Assembly: GCA_965228855.1 (NCBI GenBank)
Contig: CBDDIJ010000002.1
Span: 1,792,001 to 1,856,000, forward strand
From: Candidatus Obscuribacterales bacterium
GTDB lineage: Bacteria; Cyanobacteriota; Vampirovibrionia; Obscuribacterales; Obscuribacteraceae
Direction of reading: 5' to 3'
DNA length: 64,000 nucleotides
Shown here: piece by piece, positions 10,821 to 20,567 of the stretch
Layout: every line of letters starts with the position of its first letter
Numbering within the stretch: the first letter of the stretch is position 1
Program-made: the position numbers and the translations under genes
The notes under the pieces: generated by a model
Databases searched by the model: none
What the model was told of the DNA's origin: nothing
The model's input: only the letters and a program-made list of their open reading frames with translations

Positions 10821-11301
10821 CTACACTTTAAGCCTTTGTACCCGTTTTAGCGCTTTCTCGACACAGTCTTTGATTGTTGGAATTTGCAAATCATCACCCG
10901 TAGTGGCAATAGAAATCATCAGGCGAATGACGATTAAACCGTCACGTACTGTGCACCAAACATGCAGATAGTTTTCTTCACCCTCCTCAATTTGATGTTC
11001 GGGAGTTATTACACAAAGATTCTCATCAGCAATATCAAGCGCGATAAAGGTTTCAACTCTAGCTAATCGATGTTTTTTCATCTTGCATAAATGCTTCGGC
11101 ATTATCGAGTTCTCCGAATTGCGCGATTAGCTCCTCAAGCGCTTGTAGGTCCTTCCCCTCATCGAAAACGTAGGATACGAGCCCTCGACAGCGAGCCCCT
11201 CTAGTCCTGAAGTCGAACAAGCTCAATAGTGAGTTTGTTCCTGTCTTCTTGATTATCGTGTAGCCGGGGAAATCTTCCTCGTTTAAGAAGAGATCGCTCA
11301 T
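10821..11301 (-). pseudogene. Probable immunity-like gene split by a frameshift in an A6 run near 11075
   Basis: ORFs 11059-11301 and 10821-11102 overlap and join (QDEK/HRLARVE) if one A is removed; ATGA overlap with the upstream ORF. Confidence 0.5.
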
Positions 11302-11600
11302 TTTTTAGCCTCCAGACTTCTCATTGCTTGTTTCCATCTCGGCAACTCCTTCATCATAAACTCTACTGATTTCGGAAAGTGATTGATTCGAAATTTGCTC
11401 AGGTAGGATGAGGTTCGTAAGCCCGAAATATGAGCGTACATGTCTGAAAAGACTTCATCCGGCAAATCGTCCCTATCCTTTAGTTGTTCAGGTGTGAGCC
11501 CTTTGCCTTTCAACCAATTGGAATCTTGCGCCGCTTTCAAGCCCGTGTCATTTAACCCAAGTTTCCAAACGAGCGAACCTTCTCCGCTGCTCATCACCAA
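11298..11600 (-). pseudogene. Orphan C-terminal toxin-like fragment (metallopeptidase-type tail)
   Basis: DEVFSDMYA...HFPKSVEFM resembles the E-x-F-A-E/D...F-P-K tail of zincin toxin domains; no convincing start. Confidence 0.4.
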
Positions 11601-11723
11601 TCGATGGAGGTATGAAAGGATCTTCGCGAGTTTCGTGCGGACATGTCTTCGAAATGTTTAAGACCACGGAGCTCTGAAAGCCGCTAAGATCTTGAGAATC
11701 ACCACAAACTGCAGGTCTGTTTC

Positions 11724-13802
11724 ATGAATAAGAAGCCGCCCCATCTTCGCGCCGTTCCTGGTTCAAAATCGACTTTGAAAGATAAGCCGCAGCTTGAGCC
11801 TGAACCCAAAGTTGTCTCGCTCGACGACCTCCCTGTGCTCGAGGAGGAGATTGACTACTTCCACGGAATGGCGCTGGAGTTTCGCATGGCGCAGAGCATG
11901 ACCGACATGTCTGTTGCTGGAAGTGAGTTGGGCAAGATACAAGGTCTTTTCGAGGATGCGTTATCGCAGCTCGAGCGGGTCGGTGTTCTTCTGGACGCGG
12001 TCAGTGAGATGGGGCCGAATCAGAAACAACGGGCGCAGATCGAGCGCCATCGAGCAAAATTGGCGGAGACGCAAGCAATTGTGAACGGCACACTGACTCG
12101 CGTTCGCGATGATATTAAGAGTTCCATGAGCATGCCGGCTGCGAACGCATCGCCGTCCGGTTCCCTCAGTTCACTTGAGTTGGGAAGAGGAGTCAGTAAC
12201 GTTCAGTTGCCATCAATGGGCGGCGGGCTTGATATGCAAAGAGCCGTGATCCAGCCACCCACAAATGCCATCGCAGGCGGTATCAGGCGAAACGAGTTAT
12301 CTACGACGAGGATATCAGCGGAGAGCGCGAGTGAGGAGTTTGCGCGACTAATGCGCGACCGAGATTTTAAATCGATGGAGGAGATGCAGGCGTTTTTAAC
12401 CAAAATATCAGCGTTTAGAAACTCAAAAATAGTTGCTGAGAGGCTTAATTCCGAGCATGACGATGATCCGGAACTAACGCGTCGAATGCAGAATGCGATT
12501 GCGCCTTATGTCAAAGACTTTCCCGAAATTGCGAAGATTGTCGAGGCCTCGAATGCTTCGTTAACCAAAACAGAGCAGGCTCAATGCATTATGTACGACG
12601 CCTGGGGCGCCCGCGGTGCGGAGCGAGTTCGGCTGGCGAAAGAAGCACTCAAGAAAGATAAAAAATGTGTTGACGCCCACGTTTTGCTCGGCCAGGAGAG
12701 TGCCAAGACCATTGAGGAGGCGCACGATCTGTTTTTGAAAGCGGATGATCTTGGAGAAAAAGCGATTAGCGGACAAACCATCGGTCCCGATCAGTGGTGG
12801 GCTGATTTAAAAACGCGTCCACTGCTGCGAGCGAAGATGGAGCTTGGCTCGACCCTCTGGCTTCTGGGCGAGCGTGAGGATGCGCTCGATTACCTTCGCG
12901 AAGTCCTCCGGTTGAATCCTACAGATAATCAGGGGGCTCGGTACCGATTGGTTTATTTCCTCATCTCCGAAAAGCTCTTCGACGAGGCGAAGGAGTTGAC
13001 CAATCAATTTGCGGCTGACGGCGCCTCAACGTGGAAGTACGCGAAAGCACTGTTGGATTTTAACTTGTACAAAAACAGTTTAAGAGCGAAACAATCAATG
13101 CGCGATGCAATCGCATTTAATGACTTCGCGCCTAGATATTTCCTCGGCCACGAGGGGTTTCCAGAAGAGATGCCTGCATATGTAGGTTTTGGTACGCCGG
13201 GCGAGGCCGTTGAGTGTGCTGTGCTTGGCATTGAACATTGGCGCACCACTGATGGTGCTATGGAGTGGATGCGCACATGTGCCGACGAGATCAGTGTTTT
13301 TAGTAAACAACAGGCGTTTAAGCTTTGGAAAACCTCCAATGAATCTGCGAAACGCTACGCGTATGACGACAAATTCTCGAAGGCCAAAGGTCAGTTCCTT
13401 TACGCGCTGAAACACGCCGAGAAGCTGGGTGATGAGCTGCTAATTAGCATTGCCTTGAAGGACTTGTGCGAAGTGCTCGCTAATAACTTATCTGAAATCA
13501 AGAAGGCCGACGAGCCTTACTTTGTTCGCAGTTTAGAACTGGCTGAGCAAACTGTCGGCGTCGATGATCCTCGATACATCGGTCCATTGTTTGACTACGG
13601 CTGCTTTAAATTTGCCATGAGTCTCCATAACGACGCGGAAAAATATTTGACTGATGCGATGAGTCTGGCTGAAAAACTGAACGACGATGAAGCGCTACCG
13701 GCTATTTATTGGCTCCTCGGTGAAGTTTATGACGCGAAGGGCGAATTCGCTAAATCGAGGCGCTTCAAGGCGCTCGCTCAGGAGCTCTATGAAGATGAGT
13801 GA
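11724..13802 (+). CDS. Tetratricopeptide-repeat protein (ST7-like segment)
   Basis: TRPLLRA...LW.LGER.DA....VLRLNPTDNQGARY motif; further TPRs at the C-terminus. Confidence 0.7.
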   Translation: MNKKPPHLRAVPGSKSTLKDKPQLEPEPKVVSLDDLPVLEEEIDYFHGMALEFRMAQSMTDMSVAGSELGKIQGLFEDALSQLERVGVLLDAVSEMGPNQKQRAQIERHRAKLAETQAIVNGTLTRVRDDIKSSMSMPAANASPSGSLSSLELGRGVSNVQLPSMGGGLDMQRAVIQPPTNAIAGGIRRNELSTTRISAESASEEFARLMRDRDFKSMEEMQAFLTKISAFRNSKIVAERLNSEHDDDPELTRRMQNAIAPYVKDFPEIAKIVEASNASLTKTEQAQCIMYDAWGARGAERVRLAKEALKKDKKCVDAHVLLGQESAKTIEEAHDLFLKADDLGEKAISGQTIGPDQWWADLKTRPLLRAKMELGSTLWLLGEREDALDYLREVLRLNPTDNQGARYRLVYFLISEKLFDEAKELTNQFAADGASTWKYAKALLDFNLYKNSLRAKQSMRDAIAFNDFAPRYFLGHEGFPEEMPAYVGFGTPGEAVECAVLGIEHWRTTDGAMEWMRTCADEISVFSKQQAFKLWKTSNESAKRYAYDDKFSKAKGQFLYALKHAEKLGDELLISIALKDLCEVLANNLSEIKKADEPYFVRSLELAEQTVGVDDPRYIGPLFDYGCFKFAMSLHNDAEKYLTDAMSLAEKLNDDEALPAIYWLLGEVYDAKGEFAKSRRFKALAQELYEDE

Positions 13803-14030
13803 GGACGCGATGTAAGGCGTGATTAATAATAATCTTGCTGTCTGAATTTTAAGCTGCTGCCGGGCGGATGCCTATGGAACTGACCGTTGGAAATCGAACT
13901 GAATGGATTGGCTAAAACTCATAGCGGAATGAAGTGGTGGCAAAATCGCTTCGACTATATGAGTGCTTGGTCTACGGTCTTACTTTTTGTCTATATGCTG
14001 GTCCGCCTGAGGCAGTCGTTCTCATGGTCA

Positions 14031-14402
14031 TTAGCTATTCGGATCGCTAGGCTGAATAACCGCATCGGATTCTGGCAACAGAATCCAGTTTCCATCAACT
14101 ATCCTGCGAACGAGGGTGTGTGTCTTTCCTGGTGTCAACGAACCGTGGTGGCGCAGGAACTTATCGTAATCGGAATCTCCAGGTCGTGACTCTGAAGAGC
14201 CATCAGCTATGCCACCACCTATGAGGTACTGTGTGCTTACGATCATCAAGCTGCCATCCTCCTTCATCGTGACCGTCTCTAGCCATTTGCCTTCCATGGC
14301 TTTTCTCGCGGCTTCGTTAGCTGCCTTCTCTTCATCAGATGAGTCGGGTTGCTTGGCTGCCCAGTCAAGAAATTTGTTCAAGCCATGTTTGTCGTGAGTC
14401 AT
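14031..14402 (-). CDS. Hypothetical, orphan immunity-like protein
   Basis: 123-aa ORF with GAGGA RBS; paralog at 9611-9979. Confidence 0.6.
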   Translation of the reverse strand: MTHDKHGLNKFLDWAAKQPDSSDEEKAANEAARKAMEGKWLETVTMKEDGSLMIVSTQYLIGGGIADGSSESRPGDSDYDKFLRHHGSLTPGKTHTLVRRIVDGNWILLPESDAVIQPSDPNS

Positions 14403-14588
14403 GTTACTTCCTCTTCATGAAGAATTCGAGCACAGACGAATCCCCCGCTTCATCAGCGTTTCGGTTTCCATAACGACTTGTGCGGTGGGGGGATGATAAG
14501 GTATAGAGTATTTGACGTTATATTGGTTTGTGTCAATAATGTTATACGTAAACTGCTGCCTGGTTATCCCTGCCGCCCATCCGCAACA

Positions 14589-17500
14589 CTACTGATTCGC
14601 CACAATCAATACGTTGCCACCGAATGTGATGGCACCCTTTTTAAGCCCATTGTTGATCGAAACCGTTTTCGTCGCACCATTGATTGTGTTGGTTGGTCCC
14701 TTTGCCTTGATAGCTTCTCCAGTAAGAGACGTAGAGCCCATCACCGTAACGTTCGCAATTGGCTGTGGCATAAGTGAGACGCTATTCGGACCAAGCGAAA
14801 TGACGATGTTATCAGCGTTGACTCCAGCAGTTCTAACAATTGAATTTGTTTCAAACCCAATCTTGCCCTTGGCGCCGGTGTTGAGTAGCGACAGGCTCTG
14901 ATAGGCAGTGATGGTGCCGTTTGCGGTCAAAGTACCATTGTCGGTTTGAACAGAAATGTCTTTCGCGAAGAACTGGTTGAAGCCACTTCCATCTAACACC
15001 ACTGATCCCTTAGCGACTACATCAAGAGTTTGTGCCAAGTCGACGTTCGCCACGGTCAATGGCTTGGTGCTGTTGCTCTGAATGAAGGCAGAACCGGCAC
15101 CGCCAGCAGCTTGCACTGAGAGAGCCGTGACTCCCGCGGGAACCACAAAGCGGTCAAGGGAGGTTCCGATGCTGCCCTGCGCGATGAGGCTCAATGAGGG
15201 CGTCGTAACTGTACCCTGAAACGATGAATTCAGTATTCCTGAAGCGTATGAAGTCGCCTGCAGAAATTGGGAAGCTGTAACATCGCCAAAAGTGAATTGG
15301 GCGGCGTTGATAAGGACACCCTTGCTAACAATCGCAGTGTTTGATGTGTCAATAGTTTTGAACTCCGCATTTACCAGCAAGGCGCCTCCACTGTACCAGC
15401 CGAATGTTGAACCTAAACTACCGTTGCCGAAAACAGTCACGATGGCAAGACCTCCAGCATTGAGGTCCAGCATGGATGTGATGAGTCTTAGCGGGGCAGT
15501 GGCGGTGCCTATGCTGTTTCCTGCGCGCAGAACGGTCGAGCCTGTTGAGTTTATTTCATAGTTATCGAGAACTTTTATGTCGTGACCAGCTTGGAAAAAT
15601 GCGTCCGCAGACGTGGTCACTGTATTGTTGAGAAGAACATCGTTGCCGGCCATGACGCTGAGCGTGCCGCGTAGATCAACGGTCCCGTTAATTTGAAGGC
15701 TGGCTTTTTTGTTGACCTTATCTGCCTTGAGAAACGCCGTGCTTGTTCTTACGCCATTTTGATCGTAAACGATAAGTGCTTTCTTCTCGCTCCCGATGAT
15801 CGATCTTGTCATCAGCGTGATATCGGCATTGTTTCCGGTGCCTTCATCAGCCCAGATTTTCCCAACCTTCAGTGGAATACCATCAGGAGCCTTTGTGCCC
15901 GCCGCGATAAGCGAGATGTTTCCATTCTTGCCAGTACCCCAACCGTTGGTGTTGATGGTGGCGTCTGTAGTATCAATCATTCCGGCAGCGATACCATCGG
16001 CTCCCTTTCCATCAAAAGCAAACATCTGTAGATCGCCACTGTCTCCGTTGAAAGGAGCGCCCGGGGATACAGTCCAAACGTTAGAGCCGGAGCCAAGAAT
16101 TATGCTACCTCCGGTCTTTGAAGATTTTCCTGTTAGGGAAACCGTTCCAGATGCTCCCGCAGTATTGCCACCATTTAGTTCTGATCTGTTTTCACCACCG
16201 GAATTGGTGAACGCCGCTCCAGCAATGAATGTGATGTCAAAACCGTCAGTCGCGTTGCCGGCTCGCACAAAGACCCCGTCTGCGGTTGTCACATTGCCGC
16301 TTGCCACAACTACAAGGTTCTCAGCGACGGTTAGATCGCCGTCAATGACGATACTACCAGCGGTGTTGAAAAATGTTGGATCGCCAGTTAAGCAAACTTC
16401 GCCAAGCCGCATCAAGTCAGTAGATGCAACGACGTGCGCAGCATTGCCGGTTTGAGAAATTTTACCGGTAAGTTCACCAACATTGGTGTAAGCGGTGCCT
16501 TGCCCGGCATGCATGTTGTATGTTTTGCTGAATAAATCGCCGCCCGTTATGTAGGAGTTCTGCGATCCGTTGTAAGAGGAATCTCTGAGGTTGATCGCAC
16601 CGCTGAGTGCGCTAATGGTGCCGCGACGGTTGTTGACCTGGAGGACCGCATCTGGCGCTCCATTGAGATTCACGTTGCCGCTTGCGGATGATATCGTGCC
16701 ACGATTGTTGACGTTGGCTGCGCCGAGGTCTACATTGGTGGCGGCGCTTATGGTTCCTGAGTTACTGAGGGCACCACTTGCGGTGAGCATCAAAGCGCCG
16801 GATGAGTTTATCGTGCCGGAGTTGATTAGAGTTCCAGACGCATCAAGTGTGAGATCAACATTGGATGTAATGGTTGCGTTTTTGAAGTTGTTTATGTCGT
16901 CAGCGCGAATTGCACCACTTCTCGCGTTGCTGTTTCCTGAAACCGCCGAAACCGTTCCATAGTTGCTCAGATCGCCAAGCAACCTGAAGTCTGAACCTTT
17001 AGAAAAGTCACCGATGGTGGTGACATTGCTGGCGTTGACATAATTCGCCGCACGCAGCTTGTCGCTGTTCGAAGTTATGGAATCAAGCTCAACAGAACCA
17101 CCGCTCGCGCGGCCGGATTGATCGACAGTCAATGTTTGGGTGCCGCCTGAGAGGATTTGTTTGACGGCCAAGTATTCTGCCGGCGTTACATGGGATCCGG
17201 CTTCAACGGTTTTGGTGCCATTTCCCGTTTTGATTTGAACCGAACTGCCATCGACGAAAAGATTTTTTCCGAGGACTATGTTTTGAGCATTGGAAGTGAG
17301 GTCGAGATCGAGGCCGTTTTTTAACCGGATGGAGTTGCCGAGATCGTTGGTTTGTCTGGTGTGTGAACTCAGGCGCCGGTCGATCTGAGTTGTGAAATCA
17401 ATGTTCGGAGTGAACGATTCGATGGTTTGAACCCTGGCGTGCTCCAGCCTGCCACCAGCTTTAGCGCTGTCCGCGATTCGACTCTCGCGAAACAGTTGCC

Positions 17501-17657
17501 GCGCCGCGTGCCTGTCCACACCAAGATTTTGTTCTCTAAACTCTTTGAAGTTGACTCGATCCTCGCCGCGTCCGGCAGCGGTGGCGGCGGTCGCGCAAAC
17601 GGTTCCAGTTAGAATCGAGAGTGAAAGAGCCAAAACAAACTGTTTAGAGCGATTCAT
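14589..17657 (-). CDS. Large secreted FHA-like beta-helix protein (1022 aa), paralog of 4808-9460
   Basis: Signal peptide; shares GL.LDLTSN, AEY.A..Q.., SDFRL.GDL.N.G, GGD..S and GDP motifs with the 1550-aa protein. Confidence 0.8.
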   Translation of the reverse strand: MNRSKQFVLALSLSILTGTVCATAATAAGRGEDRVNFKEFREQNLGVDRHAARQLFRESRIADSAKAGGRLEHARVQTIESFTPNIDFTTQIDRRLSSHTRQTNDLGNSIRLKNGLDLDLTSNAQNIVLGKNLFVDGSSVQIKTGNGTKTVEAGSHVTPAEYLAVKQILSGGTQTLTVDQSGRASGGSVELDSITSNSDKLRAANYVNASNVTTIGDFSKGSDFRLLGDLSNYGTVSAVSGNSNARSGAIRADDINNFKNATITSNVDLTLDASGTLINSGTINSSGALMLTASGALSNSGTISAATNVDLGAANVNNRGTISSASGNVNLNGAPDAVLQVNNRRGTISALSGAINLRDSSYNGSQNSYITGGDLFSKTYNMHAGQGTAYTNVGELTGKISQTGNAAHVVASTDLMRLGEVCLTGDPTFFNTAGSIVIDGDLTVAENLVVVASGNVTTADGVFVRAGNATDGFDITFIAGAAFTNSGGENRSELNGGNTAGASGTVSLTGKSSKTGGSIILGSGSNVWTVSPGAPFNGDSGDLQMFAFDGKGADGIAAGMIDTTDATINTNGWGTGKNGNISLIAAGTKAPDGIPLKVGKIWADEGTGNNADITLMTRSIIGSEKKALIVYDQNGVRTSTAFLKADKVNKKASLQINGTVDLRGTLSVMAGNDVLLNNTVTTSADAFFQAGHDIKVLDNYEINSTGSTVLRAGNSIGTATAPLRLITSMLDLNAGGLAIVTVFGNGSLGSTFGWYSGGALLVNAEFKTIDTSNTAIVSKGVLINAAQFTFGDVTASQFLQATSYASGILNSSFQGTVTTPSLSLIAQGSIGTSLDRFVVPAGVTALSVQAAGGAGSAFIQSNSTKPLTVANVDLAQTLDVVAKGSVVLDGSGFNQFFAKDISVQTDNGTLTANGTITAYQSLSLLNTGAKGKIGFETNSIVRTAGVNADNIVISLGPNSVSLMPQPIANVTVMGSTSLTGEAIKAKGPTNTINGATKTVSINNGLKKGAITFGGNVLIVANQ

Positions 17658-17756
17658 TTATTCAACCTCATTAGTTGCCATTGGTCGGTCGGTCCGTCCT
17701 TACTTACGCGAATGTAAGAGAGTACTACAAATGCGGGTGATCCGGGTGAACAAAGG
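17405..17756. repeat. ~350-bp direct repeat, copy 1 (5' end plus upstream region of the 1022-aa gene)
   Basis: Highly similar to 19693-20039 by direct reading. Confidence 0.9.
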
Positions 17757-17804
17757 GACTATTGCGCATCACTCGTTTTTCCGAATCTTCTATACTGGTG
17801 GTCA

Positions 17805-18103
17805 TGGATGGCATCAAAGCGGGCAATGAGCCGATTGCAGAAAGGAAGAGCCGGAAATGGCGTATTGGCGCCGTCTTCAGCTTTGTATTGCCTTTTTTGA
17901 TTTTTGGTTTTCTGGCTGAACAGTGGATACTGGATAGAGGTGCTGAAGAAGCGGAAAGATGGTCGCACCTGGTTAAACCCACGCCTGTTCCGATGTCAGA
18001 ACAAGTCTTGCCATTTGTTCTCTGGTTTGTTGTGCCGGGTTTGATCGCAGGGCTGGTTGGGCTTCTTTTGTACTACCTGTTCACCCGTTGCCGTTCTTAT
18101 TGA
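17805..18103 (+). CDS. Small two-TM membrane protein
   Basis: Two hydrophobic segments (IGAVFSFVLPFLIFGFLA; FVLWFVVPGLIAGLVGLLLYYLF). Confidence 0.55.
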
Positions 18104-18146
18104 GCCAATCTAGCCATCGTTGAATGTTTCCTACGTGAGGAGATGT

Positions 18147-18548
18147 ATGAAATATTTTCTTGCAGCATCGTTCTGTCTTGTTGCGCTTTGCCCGTTGGTT
18201 CAAGCTCAGGGCCTGGCTGGTACCGAAGGACTGACTCTGTGTCCGCGTAGTGCACTATCTGCGGGCAAATCAGCAGGAGGCCCGCTTTTGCCTGGCAAAT
18301 CAGACGCAGAACGTTGGCGTCTCGTTCAAAGCAACCTCCAGTCCTTGATTGGAAAAGACAAGGCTGAAATTAAAAAACTGTTCGGCAAGGAAGGTGGCAG
18401 GGGGTTGGAAAAAGACGAGCTCGTTTACCAGGTCACGGCGGCGTCGCAACGTAAACCTGGTGGACTACATTGCATTGACTTGTCCTTGCATTTCGATGAG
18501 AAAGGTTTAGTGCACAGGTTTTCGCTCGCGCGCGTAACGTGGCTCTAG
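18147..18548 (+). CDS. Small secreted protein, paralog 2 of 3
   Basis: Signal peptide VQA-QGL; GKSDAERW..VQ..L..LIG....I.K.FG; GAGGAG RBS. Confidence 0.7.
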   Translation: MKYFLAASFCLVALCPLVQAQGLAGTEGLTLCPRSALSAGKSAGGPLLPGKSDAERWRLVQSNLQSLIGKDKAEIKKLFGKEGGRGLEKDELVYQVTAASQRKPGGLHCIDLSLHFDEKGLVHRFSLARVTWL

Positions 18549-19020
18549 AAAATCCTTCATTGTGTCCATCTTTGCTTTCACAGCGGGGTCTGCCTTATAT
18601 CGCTGCAGAATATCTGCGTGAGCCGCTCGCCAGTTTATTCTGAACCGGTCATAACTTGATCTGTACTACTCTTCATATGCTCCGATCTGCGTATCTGCAT
18701 TCAAACATCGAAACAATGGAGGAAGCAACAGCAATCCTCTGCAATCTCCTCAATGCTCCGTTAAAGAATGGACGAAATGGTTGTAAAAAGAAAGCACGAG
18801 CTTCGAGTGGTCGCGTAACGGGACTATGGCCGCATCGGAAGGTACACGACCTTGCGGACACTTTGAAAGTCAGAAATCAGCAAAATTCGATGCATTTCAA
18901 ATGCGATGCAAACTTTGGTGTCTCAGAAACAACTGTCGCTTATGCTGCCTGATCATGTTGGTACCACATCCGGTGCACCGGTTGTTGATGGACATTGCGG
19001 GGTTATCCTTTTCTCTAGGC

Positions 19021-19078
19021 TGGTGGTCGAGGTGGGACTTGAACCCACACGTATTGCTACACTATTTCCTAAGTCTAG
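19021..19078 (-). tRNA. 3' fragment of tRNA-Leu(TAG); att-site relic, not a functional tRNA
   Basis: Reverse complement reads CTAGA-CTTAGGA-..., variable arm, GTGGGTTCAAGTCCCAC T-arm, CTCGACCACCA; no 5' half upstream; anticodon stem mismatched. Confidence 0.75.
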
Positions 19079-19239
19079 GGACTGAAGATGTCTAAGAAAG
19101 GCTTAATCCTGCTTTCAGCAAACCAGTCCTTGGATCCTCGCTTCTTCGATCGCCATAGTTTGGAATTTCGGAGTATACCTTTTGTGCAGCACTATTGGAA
19201 CGAGCGTGCCCTTTTGAGCACGAAGGCGAGGTAGGCAGA

Positions 19240-19689
19240 ATGCGTCGAATACAACCGCAATCGATTATTTGCGAGAGCCCGGATCATTACTCCGTTCTCT
19301 TCAAGAAGACCGATACTCTAGTCGACTATACATTCTCCATCGAGCGGACCGGAGAAACTGGCGTGTTGAATTGCGACCAGCGCGAGTTCTTTTTTGAGAC
19401 TCATGATGACCCAGCAACAAGTTCTCTATTGAAAGCAATCGATTTGTTTGGTGAATTTCGACAACGTGATTCCGGGACATCAGTGCTAAAGTCAATCTCA
19501 GCGGTTTCAGGAAGTCAAAACTCATACGGCGTTGTCGTTCAGACCAAAGACGGGGATGTCGAATTCATTTTCGCAGTTGAAGACCAAGACTTGCCAACTC
19601 TTGTGAGCGCAAATTACGCTTCCGAAATCAGCAGCAGCGATTGCATAAAAGAAATGATCGCTCTTTTTCACCAAGCCAGGAACTCTTAG
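19240..19689 (+). CDS. Orphan paralog of the putative immunity gene 4209-4703
   Basis: Same two-half architecture (D.Y...F...; LLKAIDLF / EMIALFHQAR). Confidence 0.55.
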   Translation: MRRIQPQSIICESPDHYSVLFKKTDTLVDYTFSIERTGETGVLNCDQREFFFETHDDPATSSLLKAIDLFGEFRQRDSGTSVLKSISAVSGSQNSYGVVVQTKDGDVEFIFAVEDQDLPTLVSANYASEISSSDCIKEMIALFHQARNS

Positions 19690-19692
19690 TAC

Positions 19693-20039
19693 TCGGAGTT
19701 ATCGATTCGATGCTTTGAACCCTGGCGTGCTCCAGCTTGCCACCAGCATTGGTGCTGTCCGATCGTCGACTCTCCTGAAATAGTTGCCGCGCCGCATGCC
19801 TGTCCAAACCAAGATTTTGTTCTCTAAACTCCTTGAAGTTGACTCGATCTTCGCCGCGTCCGCCGGCGGTGGCGGCGGTCGCGCAAACGGTTCCAGTTAG
19901 AATCGAGAGTGAAAAAGCCAAAACAAACTGTTAAGAGCGATTCACTTATTCAACCTCATTAGTGCCATTGGTCGGTCGGTCCATACTTACGCGAATGTAA
20001 GAGAGTACTACAAATGCGGGTGATCCGGGTGAACAAAGG
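19693..20039 (-). pseudogene. Repeat copy 2: dead 5' fragment of the FHA-like gene
   Basis: Start changed to GTG (19945), codon 5 AAA>TAA (19931-19933), similarity ends after ~84 codons. Confidence 0.85.
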
Positions 20040-20177
20040 AAGAACGGGAGAGCCTGATGTGCCGAGTGGACTGGGTGGGCATAACCGGCTTGCAAATTCA
20101 GCGTCTGGATGAGAATCTGAGACAGTAGATAGGTGGTAGGGGCTTCTCTGGTCTAGTCCACACAGGGAGTGTTCAAT

Positions 20178-20567
20178 ATGAAATCGAGGATGCACTTCTT
20201 CGCCACGGCACTTGTTATTGCTGGTATCGCGTTTTTTGCAGATTCGCCAATCAATGCGCAAGGACTGAAGGGCGCTCAAATGCCCAAGAAGATTCTTGGA
20301 CGCCTGACCTACATCAAAGGAAAAAATGACCAAGAGCGGTGGAGAACTTTTCTTGACGCTCAACCGAAGCTCATAGGGATGTCCCTTAAGGAGGTGGAAA
20401 AGCGCTTTGGGGAAGAGCCAATATGTGAGCGCGATCTGAGCGCAATAGAATACGGCTTAACAGAAGAACCAGTCAAATCAGGCGTAAAAGACAATCGCTG
20501 GCTTCATGTCACGATATTTTTTCGCAATGGCATCGCGTGGAAGTATGTTGTAGAAGCCGTCAAATAG
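20178..20567 (+). CDS. Small secreted protein, paralog 3 of 3
   Basis: Signal peptide INA-QGL; GKNDQERW..F...Q..LIGM...V...FG. Confidence 0.7.
   Translation: MKSRMHFFATALVIAGIAFFADSPINAQGLKGAQMPKKILGRLTYIKGKNDQERWRTFLDAQPKLIGMSLKEVEKRFGEEPICERDLSAIEYGLTEEPVKSGVKDNRWLHVTIFFRNGIAWKYVVEAVK

Noticed and set aside
18656..19095. ORFs between the secreted paralog and the tRNA fragment
   Set aside because: No recognisable motif; probably decayed sequence.
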